Assembly: GCA_023515795.1 (NCBI GenBank)
Contig: JALGPX010000055.1
Location: 53,809-73,808 of the forward strand
Length of the DNA stretch: 20,000 bases
Origin: Amoeboaphelidium occidentale
Taxonomy: Eukaryota
Direction: 5' to 3'
Shown here: positions 1 to 9,960 of the stretch, in pieces
Layout of the letters: the number at the start of each line of letters is the position of its first letter
Position numbering within the stretch: position 1 is the stretch's first letter
Notes under the pieces: generated by a model
Seen by the model: the letters and a program-made list of their open reading frames with translations, nothing else
Told to the model about the DNA's origin: nothing
Database searches by the model: none
Program-made: the position numbers and the translations under genes

Positions 1-1
1 A

Positions 2-574
2 CCAAATATGATGAACTCCATCAAGTGGCGCAGCAGTCATTGGACTATTGATTGATGACCCAACACCATACATACTCATAGGATGAGCAGACTGAGCGCC
101 TGAAGAATATAAGGATGATCCAAATCCGCCTGCTCCAGCTGAGAATTGAATATTGCCTGTGTTCAGGTGCGATGGTCTTCCAGTAGCAATAGGAGGCGGT
201 GCAGGCCTTGCTGCAAAAGCCTGTGGAGGCCTAGACAAGCCAGGAGCACCTCTTCGTTGCTGAGGTCTACCTAAAGGACTAGATGGTACATGTGCAGATC
301 CTGATAAGCTCATAGACCGAAACGAAGCGGATACATCTCCAGCAGATGCTGACGCTCCGACGGGTGAGAATGTCTGGTGTGGAGATCCCGCTGAGAATGC
401 TTGTGAGTTTGGTGAGAATGCTGATGATCCCTGGTTCAATTGAAATGGTGCGGCTGTAGGATTGAGTGATAGCTTTGATCTTGCACTTTGTGATGCTTGC
501 GACTGTGATGGCTTTGAATTACTTCTTGATCTACGATCTTGGTTATTTGAAGTATTATCTTGAGGTGATGACAT
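2..574 (-). CDS. N-terminal 191 codons of a Ser/Pro/Gln/Gly-rich, probably disordered protein; open at the left window edge (cellular PAM2-motif protein or retroelement Gag-like ORF)
   Basis: Manual translation from the ATG at 574-572 gives MSSPQDNTSNNQDRRSRSNSKPSQSQASQSARSKLSLNPTAAPFQLNQGSSAFSP...PLDGVHHIW with no stop before the edge. It is absent from the ORF track, presumably because it lacks a stop. It contains PAM2-like SKLSLNPTAAPF. Confidence 0.75.
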   Translation of the reverse strand, partial: MSSPQDNTSNNQDRRSRSNSKPSQSQASQSARSKLSLNPTAAPFQLNQGSSAFSPNSQAFSAGSPHQTFSPVGASASAGDVSASFRSMSLSGSAHVPSSPLGRPQQRRGAPGLSRPPQAFAARPAPPPIATGRPSHLNTGNIQFSAGAGGFGSSLYSSGAQSAHPMSMYGVGSSINSPMTAAPLDGVHHIW

Positions 575-890
575 TGTTATTAATTGATCAGTATCTCGAA
601 TGAACTAATGAAGCGGAGTGAAGTTGTTAGGCAAAAGTTTAGTTCTAAAAATATCAGAATCCTGTCCCAATTGAGCGGCAACACCATCCACTCCCAGCTA
701 CCTGAAGGAACTCTAACAAGATCCATCAAGGGAACAGGGATGAAAATGCGCCGATAAGCCAAATTACCTGCGATCTGATTTACTTGCAGAAAATCTGATG
801 ATCCTCGAATTCCTCACTTTGGTGTCATCCGTTCTAACCAATCAGGGAGTCTCGGCTTCGGATCTGTTTCCGGAGATTGTCCGCTAAGAT

Positions 891-1120
891 TGTATCACGT
901 GTGGACATAATAGCGAATGAAGATCAGCATTATATTATTGTCTAGTGGGTCAACCCGTGTACGCAGCGTGGACATCGAGACTGTGATGTCATTTCACCAC
1001 CTTGTTGAAGTTCAGAATCAAACTGTAAGATGGCTATGGAGTATCGAATACAGAAAGGTTCAGTATCATTCATTGGTACCCAGGATTTATTCATGTACTA
1101 ACCATCACGAGTTGATTACA
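891..1120 (-). mobile_element. Candidate 5' LTR (230 bp) of a minus-strand retroelement whose ORF would be 2..574
   Basis: TG...CA ends with imperfect terminal inverted repeats (plus strand TGTATCAC at 891 and GTTGATTACA ending at 1120), 316 bp upstream of the ORF. No canonical TGG primer-binding site follows, and no partner LTR is in the window. Confidence 0.25.
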
Positions 1121-1134
1121 GCTCAGTCAAAACA

Positions 1135-1935
1135 TTATTTCCATTCAGTTTTGCAATACTTCCTATGTGTTTCAAGTAAGATTTTCTGACGATCCGTATT
1201 TGTGATGATATAATGCAGGATTTTGAAAGAAATCGATACGACCAATAGATGCAAATGGGTTGTATGTAATATCCAGGAACTCAGTGTGTGGTAGCCTGAG
1301 GATTCTCGTGATAGCACCGTTCAGCATTTTCTTCAAAGATGATACAACACCATGAAATCGATTCCATGAGAGGTTCACCATGTTGCAATTAAGCATCTTC
1401 ATAAGAAGATCAGCAACATCATCCATACCTTCATCATGTAAACCACACTTAGAAATCTGAAACCATTTTATATTTTTGCATTCAGTAGGGTAATAATCGT
1501 AAATGTCAGACAGGTGATAACATCCAAATATCGTATGACGAGATGAANNNNNNNNNNNNNNNNNNNNNGTAAACCACACTTAGAAATCTGAAACCATTTT
1601 ACATTTTTGCATTCAGTAGGGTAATAATCGTAAATGTCAGACAGGTGATAACATCCAAATATCGTATGACGAGATGAACATAACTTTTTAGCGACAAAAA
1701 CTAACCCTTTTTGAAAAATACAACCGTTATCGTCCATCAATTCCTTCACCGCCTGTTTAGTATTTAATTCGGCTAAAGAAAGCAACTTCTGCAACGTCTC
1801 CCTTTAGAAAGCGTGTGCTAGAAAGCGCTTATTATCTGGAACACATTCAGTATTTTCGCGCCGAGAACAGGGATTTTAAATCTGCTAAAACTACATTCTC
1901 ATAGAATGGCGCCAATATATGAAATCTGCCTGTGC
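1135..1935 (-). pseudogene. Degraded leucine-rich-repeat-like gene
   Basis: After collapsing the gap duplication, ORFs 1468..1794 and 1172..1579 join into ...FQISKCGLHDEGMDDVADLL...MVNLSWNRF...FLDITYNPF (LxLxxN/C-like repeats). There is no ATG start, an in-frame TAA at 1804-1806, an apparent frameshift further upstream (RFHILAPFYENVVLADLKSLFSARKY / ECVPDNKRFLAHAF*) and a possible frame switch near the C-terminus. Confidence 0.5.
1438..1678. repeat. 110-bp direct duplication (1438-1547 / 1569-1678) flanking an N gap; probable contig-overlap or haplotype artefact
   Basis: The copies are identical except T1471 vs C1602 (Ile/Val) and are separated only by Ns at 1548-1568. Confidence 0.9.
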
Positions 1936-2145
1936 ACTGATCTGTCACAGAGTCTTTGTGACAAGCGATGCTATTTTAAACTGAACTGTTTCAGACTTCC
2001 AAAGATCTTGTCAGACATCCTTATATACAACCAATATATCACGCGCTTACCCTGTCTCAAACTGAGAACGGAATAATTATGAAACCACCGCAGCAACCTC
2101 CTATCAAACCTGCTCGATTGTGGTTGCACAAATCTTTTCCACACA

Positions 2146-3117
2146 ATGTCATCTGCAGTAGAGATTTTATCGTTTGTATTCGGCTGGATTTACACTATCA
2201 CGTGGTCATTATCATTTTACCCTCAGATATACCTCAACTTCAAGCGTGGAAGCACGAAAGGCTTAAGCAGCGATTACGTTCTGAACAATATGCTCGGATT
2301 TACCTGTTACGCTCTCTACAATATTGTCTTTTACTTTGATAAGGGCGTAAGGAAAGAGTATTTTGATATTTACGGCAAATGGCCTCTGGTGGAATTGAAT
2401 GATGTCATATTGGTTTGCCATCTGTTCGTGCTCTCGCTAATCATTGTTTGGCAAGGATCCCGTAATGGCGCATACAAGCATTGGCTACCTAAACTCAAAA
2501 GAGGCCAGAATGGGTACAATATAGTCGCCGATGAGGATGTTAATGTGGATGCTGGGGCATCGTCAATGCGCTGTGACTCTTTCGATACGCTTCACCAGAA
2601 GGATGATAACAACGTCGATAAATTGTTCGACCAGACAGAAAAGGCATCATCTAATGAAGATGTTTATGCTCTTACATGGCCTTCGCTCGTGTTCTTTTGC
2701 TCCAGCGTTTTCGGTTTAGTTCTCGCGACAATCTTGGCGTCATCAAAAGCCATCTCCTGGTTAGACTGGTTGTATTATCTCTTTATTGTTAAAGTTTCTG
2801 CTACACTGTGCAAGTGTGTACCTCAAATCTATATGAACTACAAACTTAAATCGACTATTGGGTACTCCATTTTCAATGTTTTACTTGATTTCTCTGGTGG
2901 CCTGTGCTCATTAGTTCAAATGGTTCTTGACGCGTATATCACTCAGCACTGGGAAGGCATTTATGGTAATCCTTTAAAGAGTGGTCTTGGTATTGTGTCA
3001 ATTTTGCTAGACATTATCTACATGTTGCAACATTACGTTTGGTACAGAGGCAACGATCCATTCGTATTACAAGAATCTTCAAAAGAAACATCTCGAGATA
3101 AAGACTTTGATGCTTAA
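2146..3117 (+). CDS. ERS1: Cystinosin/Ers1-type PQ-loop lysosomal/vacuolar cystine transporter, 323 aa, intronless
   Basis: GWIYTITWSLSFYPQIYLNFKRGSTKGLSSDY, second PQ loop KCVPQIYMNYKLKSTIGYSIFNVLLDFSGG, and GNPLKSGLG...LDIIYMLQHYVWY are hallmark cystinosin motifs. Confidence 0.95.
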   Translation: MSSAVEILSFVFGWIYTITWSLSFYPQIYLNFKRGSTKGLSSDYVLNNMLGFTCYALYNIVFYFDKGVRKEYFDIYGKWPLVELNDVILVCHLFVLSLIIVWQGSRNGAYKHWLPKLKRGQNGYNIVADEDVNVDAGASSMRCDSFDTLHQKDDNNVDKLFDQTEKASSNEDVYALTWPSLVFFCSSVFGLVLATILASSKAISWLDWLYYLFIVKVSATLCKCVPQIYMNYKLKSTIGYSIFNVLLDFSGGLCSLVQMVLDAYITQHWEGIYGNPLKSGLGIVSILLDIIYMLQHYVWYRGNDPFVLQESSKETSRDKDFDA

Positions 3118-3160
3118 TAGATGATACGCTTTGAGTCTTTTCTTTATTCGACTCCAATCT

Positions 3161-3706
3161 ATGATCAACTTGATTCCAAGATTTACAACACGAACGCATT
3201 CATTGAACGCCTTCAACCTGCGTAACGCTCAGCCACAACGATCATTAGTCATTCTGCCGTACAACCATCCATTTGAGTATTTCAAGAAGGACTATCAACC
3301 GCGGAATGATTTAAGGATTGTTCATCCAGAACCTTTCGAATCGACTAAGAAGACGCCTTTGTATTTCCAAATCACCTTAAAGCGTTCTATTATCGGAATG
3401 CACTGGCAGAAGAGGTACTGGTTGGGTGTGCTATTTAAGAAGTTTTCGCCTTTGAAGCGATTAAGGCCAAGACTTGTTCGACCTAAAGTATCTGTGAACA
3501 CGGTGATATTCAGAGAAGCCACTCCAGACGTGATGGATTTGATATTAGAGTCAAAGGAAGCATTGGCTGTTAAGAATATTTGGACAGAAGAAGAATATCG
3601 CGAAATTGGTAGAAAGCTCTTGAAGGCTAAAGCTTTGACGGATGACGAATTGCAGGTTCGACGTGGCTATTATAAGTCTGGAAGTCTTGTGAATAAAACA
3701 TTCTGA
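3161..3706 (+). CDS. MRPL33: Mitochondrial ribosomal protein uL30m (yeast MrpL33-like), 181 aa, with a presequence-like N-terminus
   Basis: YFQITLKRSIIGM...VNTVIFREATPDVMDLILESKEALAVK...VRRGY parallels the fungal uL30m pattern as I recall it (Y-x-[IV]-T-L-x-R-S-x-I-G ... KE-L-V-x-V ... GF/GY). The first ATG is at 3161 (the track used a TTG at 3131). The N-terminus is Arg-rich and free of acidic residues. Confidence 0.7.
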   Translation: MINLIPRFTTRTHSLNAFNLRNAQPQRSLVILPYNHPFEYFKKDYQPRNDLRIVHPEPFESTKKTPLYFQITLKRSIIGMHWQKRYWLGVLFKKFSPLKRLRPRLVRPKVSVNTVIFREATPDVMDLILESKEALAVKNIWTEEEYREIGRKLLKAKALTDDELQVRRGYYKSGSLVNKTF

Positions 3707-3712
3707 AATTCC

Positions 3713-5113
3713 CTATATTCTACTAATATCTCGTCCGAATATCCACGAAAGGAACCAGAACATTGGAATCAATATCTTGTTCTTTGTGGAGACGGTCATG
3801 GTGAAATAAGCAGACCGCCAGAAAAGCCAGGCTGCGGTACCACTCCCTGTTGCTTGTGCACTCTTTAAGTCTACCACAGCAGACCAATTACCTACGTAAG
3901 CCATCGAGCCTCTATCAAAGAAATTGAAAGGTTTCACAATATCTGTTAGATTCTTCTCTGGCTGTTTTGCATGTTTCTGAAAGAGAGTTGCCAGATACTG
4001 TCCTTGCTGAGCTGCGACTTGTGCAGTAGCTGGTAGAGGTTGTGATTTCATGTAAGAACAGTCTCCCAGTGCAAAAACTCCATCAAGTGCTTTACCATCT
4101 TTGTTTTGAACTCTAAAGAACTGATCCACTATGAGTTGATGTGAAGCTGTCTTATTGATACCATTAAACGAGTCTGACTTAATGAGAGGATTAGGAGAAA
4201 GCCCAGTTGACCAAACAAGCAGCCCAAATGGCACTTTAGTTCCATCATGAAGGATTAAATGATCTTCAGCGACTTCAACGACTTTTGTGTTCAACTTCAA
4301 CTTAATGCCTTTCCTTTGAAATACATTCATGGCGTATTCACTTAGACTCTCATCAAAAGAAGAAAGAATCTTTGATGATACATCGTAAACAGTCATTGTT
4401 ACCATATTAGCCAAATCTGGGTACAATCGCAACATATCTTCCGTCACAAAGTCGTGTAACTCAGCAGAGAATTCTAGACAATTAATTCGATCGCTATGAA
4501 ACATCACCGATTCCTGTAGGGCCTCCGCCAACCACGACAAAGCTCAACAGTTCCCATTTCTCCGCTTCAGATACGTTTGGCTGGGAAGCCTTTTCGAAAC
4601 ATTCAATGACCTTTCCACGGATTTTCTTGGCATCGCTAATATCTTTCAAAAAGAACGCATTCTCTTGTACACCAGGAATATTGAACGTGTTAGTAACAGC
4701 GCCACATGCGATTACCAACTTATCGTAACTTAAACTGAATTCTCCATCAGGATCTCCTTGCTTAGCAAGAACAGAGTTACACTTCAAAGTCTTGCTGTTA
4801 AAGTCAATAGCATCACATCGAGCCTCATAAACTTCCACATCCTTCGCATGATATCTGATAGGCTCCGTAATACAGCGGAATTCCAGAGTGCCAACAGCCG
4901 TAGAAGCGAGCAAAGGTGTAAAGACATAATAATTCCTTGGTGAAACAACTACAACATCGTAGAATTTACGATTTAACTTTTGCAAGAAACGAAAGCCTTT
5001 GAGAAGTTAGTTTGTACTGCTGATAAGTTGCCTCCCCATCCTGAGCCTAAAATGACCAGCCTGCCCTGCGATTTTGTTACTGTTTGGATCTGCCTGCTTA
5101 TCAACTTGATCAT
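3713..5113 (-). CDS. Type II (alternative) mitochondrial NADH:ubiquinone oxidoreductase, Nde1/Ndi1 family, 443 aa; exons 5113-5032, 4996-4508, 4473-3713
   Basis: Splicing restores RLVILGSGWGGFRFLQKL and VVVGGGPTGIEFSAELHD. Also present: FTPLLASTAVGTLEFR, LPATAQVAAQQG and C-terminal IFGRDISRI. Spliced length is 1332 nt (444 codons). Confidence 0.95.
4474..4507 (-). other. 34-nt GT-AG intron (intron 2 of the NADH dehydrogenase)
   Basis: G|GTGATG...ATTAATTGTCTAG|AA; removal gives the conserved GPTGIEFSAEL. Confidence 0.9.
4997..5031 (-). other. 35-nt GC-AG intron (intron 1 of the NADH dehydrogenase)
   Basis: Sequence G|GCAACT...ACTAAC TTCTCAAAG|GC. The GC donor restores the GSGWGG-FRFL frame; the internal GT alternative leads to a stop. 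Branch point ACTAAC is present. Confidence 0.85.
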
Positions 5114-5181
5114 TGAACAGTCTGAAAAATTATGCAGGCAAACGCTCATATATTCAATAAAAGCAAACGTAAAAATAGCAA

Positions 5182-8100
5182 TTAATTAGTTTCTCCAAGT
5201 CTGGTTTGTCCAGCTTCTCTTGCAGCTCTCGGATCTTCAAGCCGTTTGATTTTGACGTCTTTACCAAAATCTTTCAAATTGTTCATAGCTTGAGGAGTGA
5301 TCAAAATATGCTGAGTTTCAGGTGCACCACGAGCAGTATCAATAATCAAACTCACAGCAATCTTACGATTAACGCTATCCATAAATACATCAAACTCATC
5401 AAGGCCTCTAATTTTACAGGACATTGCTTCCCATAAAGACAACAGCAAACAGATGGTAGAGAACGATTTCTCTCCACCAGATAAATTACGAGCATCTTTC
5501 GCACCTTGAACAACTTCATGCGTATTTTCTTTTTCTTTCTTGCTCTTCTTTCCAAAGTAACTATCCAATCTTCTCTGAGGATTCTTGACTTCCTCGACTT
5601 TAACAGTTCTCACTTTCACTTCAAGCTTCTTATTCTCATGATCAAATATCAAATTACCATCATAATTTCTCTTTTGCAACAAATTGCGGAAATGTTGAGC
5701 AGCTCTAACTGAAATCAATTTCCTGAATTTGTCCCATTTTTTCCTTCTCTCCACCAAGCCTTGCTCTGCAATTTGAACATAATCAACGCCAGCATTGAAT
5801 TCAGTAACTGCCTTTTCGTATCTTTCATTCTTTTCATTAAAATCAAGACTTGCCTCTTCAAATGACCCAATATTTTCTTCACTTTGCGCGAGACGTGCTT
5901 GCATGCGGTGAAGCTTAGTGGCAATTTTGGTTGTTGCATCAGCACCTCTAAACTCCAATTGGTCTTTTTCTACTACCTCTCCATCACAGAAGTCGAAAGC
6001 TTTATCGTACAAGTCCTTACAAGTTTTTGAAAATTCCTCGTATTTCATACTTGCAACTTCACAGTCATTGCGATACTCAGCCATTTTTGAATTGTAATAT
6101 TGCAACTCATCCTTACACCTGTTGCGGGCAATTTTCAGGGAATCATACTGTGTATTCACATCTTTAAACTTGTTCTTTTCTTCTTCAAGTTCTTCACTAC
6201 ATTTGTTCATCTCGCCAGACAACTCGTTGTATCTAGCAATAGCTTCTTGTATCTTCGGGGCCAACTCACGCAAAGAATGTTCAATGAGCTTCATTTTCTC
6301 TTCACACTGTTGCGTTCTTGCATGAAACTCCATAACAATGTGTCCTTCTTGTGATTCTTGGATCACTTGTTCAATTACAGAAATCTCGTTCTCATATTCA
6401 TCAATCTTTTCTTCAAGATTTCTAATTTGGTGGAGAGCATTTTGAGATATAGCTTCCAGATTTGTTATTGTTTGTTTTACATTCTCATACTCTTGCTTTG
6501 CTTGACTGTATATCTCTTGAAATTTTCGAAGTTCAGTTTCATATTGGAGCTTGTCATCAAAAAGAGTCTGCTCGTAATCAACCTTGTTCTTGATACATTT
6601 GCCGAAGCTGAATTGCGCACCTGTACGTTTCATAGCAAAATTAGCACCTCCTCTTCCACCTGCATTTCCAATCTTGTTTGCGTTCATGTCATAGCAGGCC
6701 ATAACATTACGTGGTTTCGTTGACATGACACGTTCACCAATAATTCTTTCGCTAACAACGATAACAGACTCAACTCTGAAAAGATTGACAAACAATTGCT
6801 TGACTAAATCATCCTCAAACTGAAACAAGTCAATCATTGGTGTGTAATCATTAGATTTCGGTGGCAGTCCTCGAGAATAATCAAAATTAGGATCCTTTTG
6901 CGTGCAGTATATATCGTAAAAGCGAGGATTTGCTCCTGGCGGCGCATCAAAATGATAGCCAGATTGAATACACAGTTTTCTCAAAGTTTCAACATCCCGC
7001 TGGTCTGACACCACAAAGCTCAAAGCTGCAGTAGGATTTATATGAGCATCAATCGCATCAATGTACTTGTTGTTCTTCAATGAAAGATATTGCCCTAAAG
7101 GACCTACAGGTTTCATACCTTTGAAAGCTCCACGAAGACTTTCTCTATCTATCATGTCAACCAATTTTGACGCATGGCGGTGAAGTGCGACAAGCCTGTT
7201 GAATGTAGAAGATTGCAATTGCTGAATTCTCCGGTTTGCTTCTCTCAAATTATAATCAATACCGCTCAACTCGTGTTCACAGCGTCCGCAACTCGACTCT
7301 AACGCTCCCAATTTTATCTGTAATTCTCCATTTCTCAGCTGATGATTAGCTTCTTCTAGCTCATGCTTAATCTTTTTTATATCCGAGTGGGCATCTTTGA
7401 TTTTGCTATCTAATGCTACTTTCCTCTTTTCATTTTCTCCAACATCATGTTGAGCAAGATACTTATTCAAGTCACTTTCAATTTTCCTCGATTCAGCCAT
7501 ACAATCGTTTCTTTCCTTTTTCTTCTCGTCTATCTCTCCTTGAATGGCATCTTTTTCAATAACAACTTCCATCCTTTTCTTTTCAAGATTTTGCTTCTTA
7601 TGATTTATGGGCAAATAGACCTTTTCTTCTTGATCTTCCAGGATCTTTTCCTTCTCTGCAATTTCGCGTTCGATATTGTTAAATTCATTTTCTTTCTCTT
7701 TAATTTTTGCTGTTGCCTTGGAGATTTTTTCCAGTAACAAATCTCTAGTTTCTTTGGCATCATCCAACTCCCTTTCCTTATCATAATACTGAGACCAAGC
7801 AATTTGTTTCTTGAGTGCGCCAATTTGCTGCTCGACATCCATAACATTCTCAAATCGTTTCAACTTCTTCTTTGCTAAATCTCTCACTTCTTTCATTGAA
7901 GGAATTTCTTCCTCTTGTTCTTTAAGTGCTTTCTTCATTACTTTCAAAGAGGCATGTGTACTGTTATAATCATCCTGCAATTGTTCTAATTGAGTTCCCT
8001 TCATAAATAGCTTGTAGCGCTCTTCAGGTGACGATGACGCTAGAAACTCTTTAGCAGCATCTTGAGACAAAATCAACACAGGATTATCGGGCTGAATGGC

Positions 8101-8775
8101 CATATGATCACAGAGTTGGGCCAACTCTTCCTTCTTCTTGGAAACAATATGACCATGCTCGTTTTTGATCATGTAAGAACCACCACCTTCTTTCGATATC
8201 TTTCGGATGACCCAAATGTAATCACCATACTCGGAATGCTTAAAAGAATCAACACCTCTGTTTCTGATCTTCAAACGTATCTCTGCTTGATGCGCACCAT
8301 TCTTTACCAGACATTTCAACGAGTTGCCACGCTGAGTCGATGTCGCTTTACCGCCCAAGCCGATGGTAATCGCAGTCAGAATCGCGCTCTTTCCGGAACC
8401 ATTCTGCCCAATGATAAAATTAATCTTTGGACCAAAATCCATCTCGAACTTTGCATGGCACATAAAGTTCACCAACTCAATGCGTTCAATGATTCCGTAC
8501 TCAGCCTCCTAAGAGTATAAAGTAAGCCATACAACACTGAACCAAATATACCTCATCCATAGCAGTGTCAGAATCATTATCCTGAATATCACTATGATTA
8601 TTGTGCTGAAACATTAGTTGGAACCTAAACAGACATCTAAACAAACCTTGATCCTTGTTATCTTATGGTCTCGCTCGCTATCATGGCTCGAGTCCTCCTG
8701 AACAAATTCAAGCTTTCTCTTTCCGAGCATTTTATCAGGCTCAGCTTCAGGAGAAGAAGACGAATTGGAAGACAT
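5182..8775 (-). CDS. SMC6: Structural maintenance of chromosomes protein 6, about 1169 aa; exons 8775-8647, 8605-8552, 8508-5182
   Basis: GIIERIELVNFMCH, Walker A GQNGSGKS, Q-loop LSQD, hinge PVGPLG, signature LSGGEKS, and SMC6-type Walker B LDEFDVFMD. Two phase-0 GT-AG introns (8606-8646, 41 nt; 8509-8551, 43 nt) join an ATG-initiated N-terminal exon in frame. Confidence 0.95.
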
Positions 8776-8960
8776 TACAGCTGATGACCCTTTTGTAATT
8801 GTTTTTCTGGTCTTTTCAAAGTTGAAACATGTTTGAATGTGTTTGGGGACGAATGAAAACAATGCTAGCGGAAGCCCTGAATGCACAAGCCCAATTATCG
8901 CCCCCCCCTTTAAAATGCGCGCACACACAATTATCATCATCCTGATAAGAAGATTTCACT

Positions 8961-9541
8961 TTATTTCTTTCCGCCCTTCTTTGCTACTTTAGATGCGGTC
9001 TTTTGAGTAGATGAGGTCTTCTGTGCTGGCTTTGATGCTTCCTTCTTCTTCTTAAGCTCCTTAGCCTTCTGAATAGCAGCATCACGAACAGCCTTCTTTT
9101 CTTCAGGCTTCATGCTTCTCTGTTCTTTGATCTTTTCCAAAGTTGCGCCGACAATTCCACGCTGATGTTTGACATTACGACGAGTGCGCTTCTTTGCGAC
9201 TGAAAAATTAGACGATTTTTAAATGGCCAAATAGGAACGAACCTTCTTCGGTGATGCCCTTCTTGTGCTGCTTACGGAACACAACAGTCCAGTGGATTTT
9301 ACGTGGATTCTTTCTTTGCAACAATAGACTCTCAGCCTTTCCATTGATCAGACGGAATACCTACGAACAGATTATAAATTAATTCGTTCTCGTTTTGGGG
9401 CAATCAAATTCATACCCTGCTGTCTTGTCTAACAAACACTTTTCCACGTCCTGGATAAATCTTTTGTCCGGAAAAAGAACAGATCTCTAATCTAATAATG
9501 TTAATTGGGTTTCTTCTTCAAATGTATGCGTCTTACTTCAT
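8961..9541 (-). CDS. RPL24: 60S ribosomal protein eL24, 145 aa; exons 9541-9537, 9491-9416, 9360-9243, 9199-8961 (missed by the ORF track)
   Basis: Spliced product [91 protein letters not shown]...KKGGKK*. GT-AG introns of 45, 55 and 43 nt. Confidence 0.97.
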
Positions 9542-9960
9542 CGCGGTAACTGAGAAGAAAATTTTTGATTTGCTTGGGTCGATCATTCGGTTCGGTTGAT
9601 TCAGGGCGCGCGAGATGTTTCGAGTAAAGCTTCCTGAGTCTGTGTCGCTTGAGTATTTAATGTGGATGTCCTTGTGCTGTAGACAGGGTTGAAGCTCTTA
9701 AGTGGTGTTATGCCCAATGCGCAGGCGATTGTGTGATTTAAGGTTTCGCGAACAAAGTACATATTCGGCCCTGTGTGGGATCCGATGCCACACATTCTTG
9801 CAAACTATTACGCTCCACAACCCTTTAAAAAACTTATTTAACAGTATCAAATGGATGATCGCATAAACGAATCTAACGAAATGGTCGACGCCTTGCGATT
9901 CGCCGCCGCCAGTTTTTTGTCAGGTTTTCCGATCGGTGTACAAAGAATCGCAATTACATC
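9542..9960. promoter_or_regulatory. 419-bp divergent (probably bidirectional) promoter region between RPL24 and NCR1
   Basis: Head-to-head start codons at 9541 (-) and 9961 (+). No individual element is confidently identified. Confidence 0.6.

Noticed and set aside
1854..1861. E2F/SCB-like TTTCGCGC motif (similar TTTCGCG near 9744)
   Set aside because: Single short matches, not upstream of the cell-cycle gene SMC6; chance occurrence cannot be excluded.
3713..5113. Frameshifted or pseudogenised NADH dehydrogenase, or programmed frameshifting
   Set aside because: Both frame changes are explained exactly by 34- and 35-nt introns with branch points.
9601..9795. 64-aa minus-strand ORF in the RPL24-NCR1 spacer
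   Set aside because: No ATG start and no recognisable motif; most likely promoter sequence.
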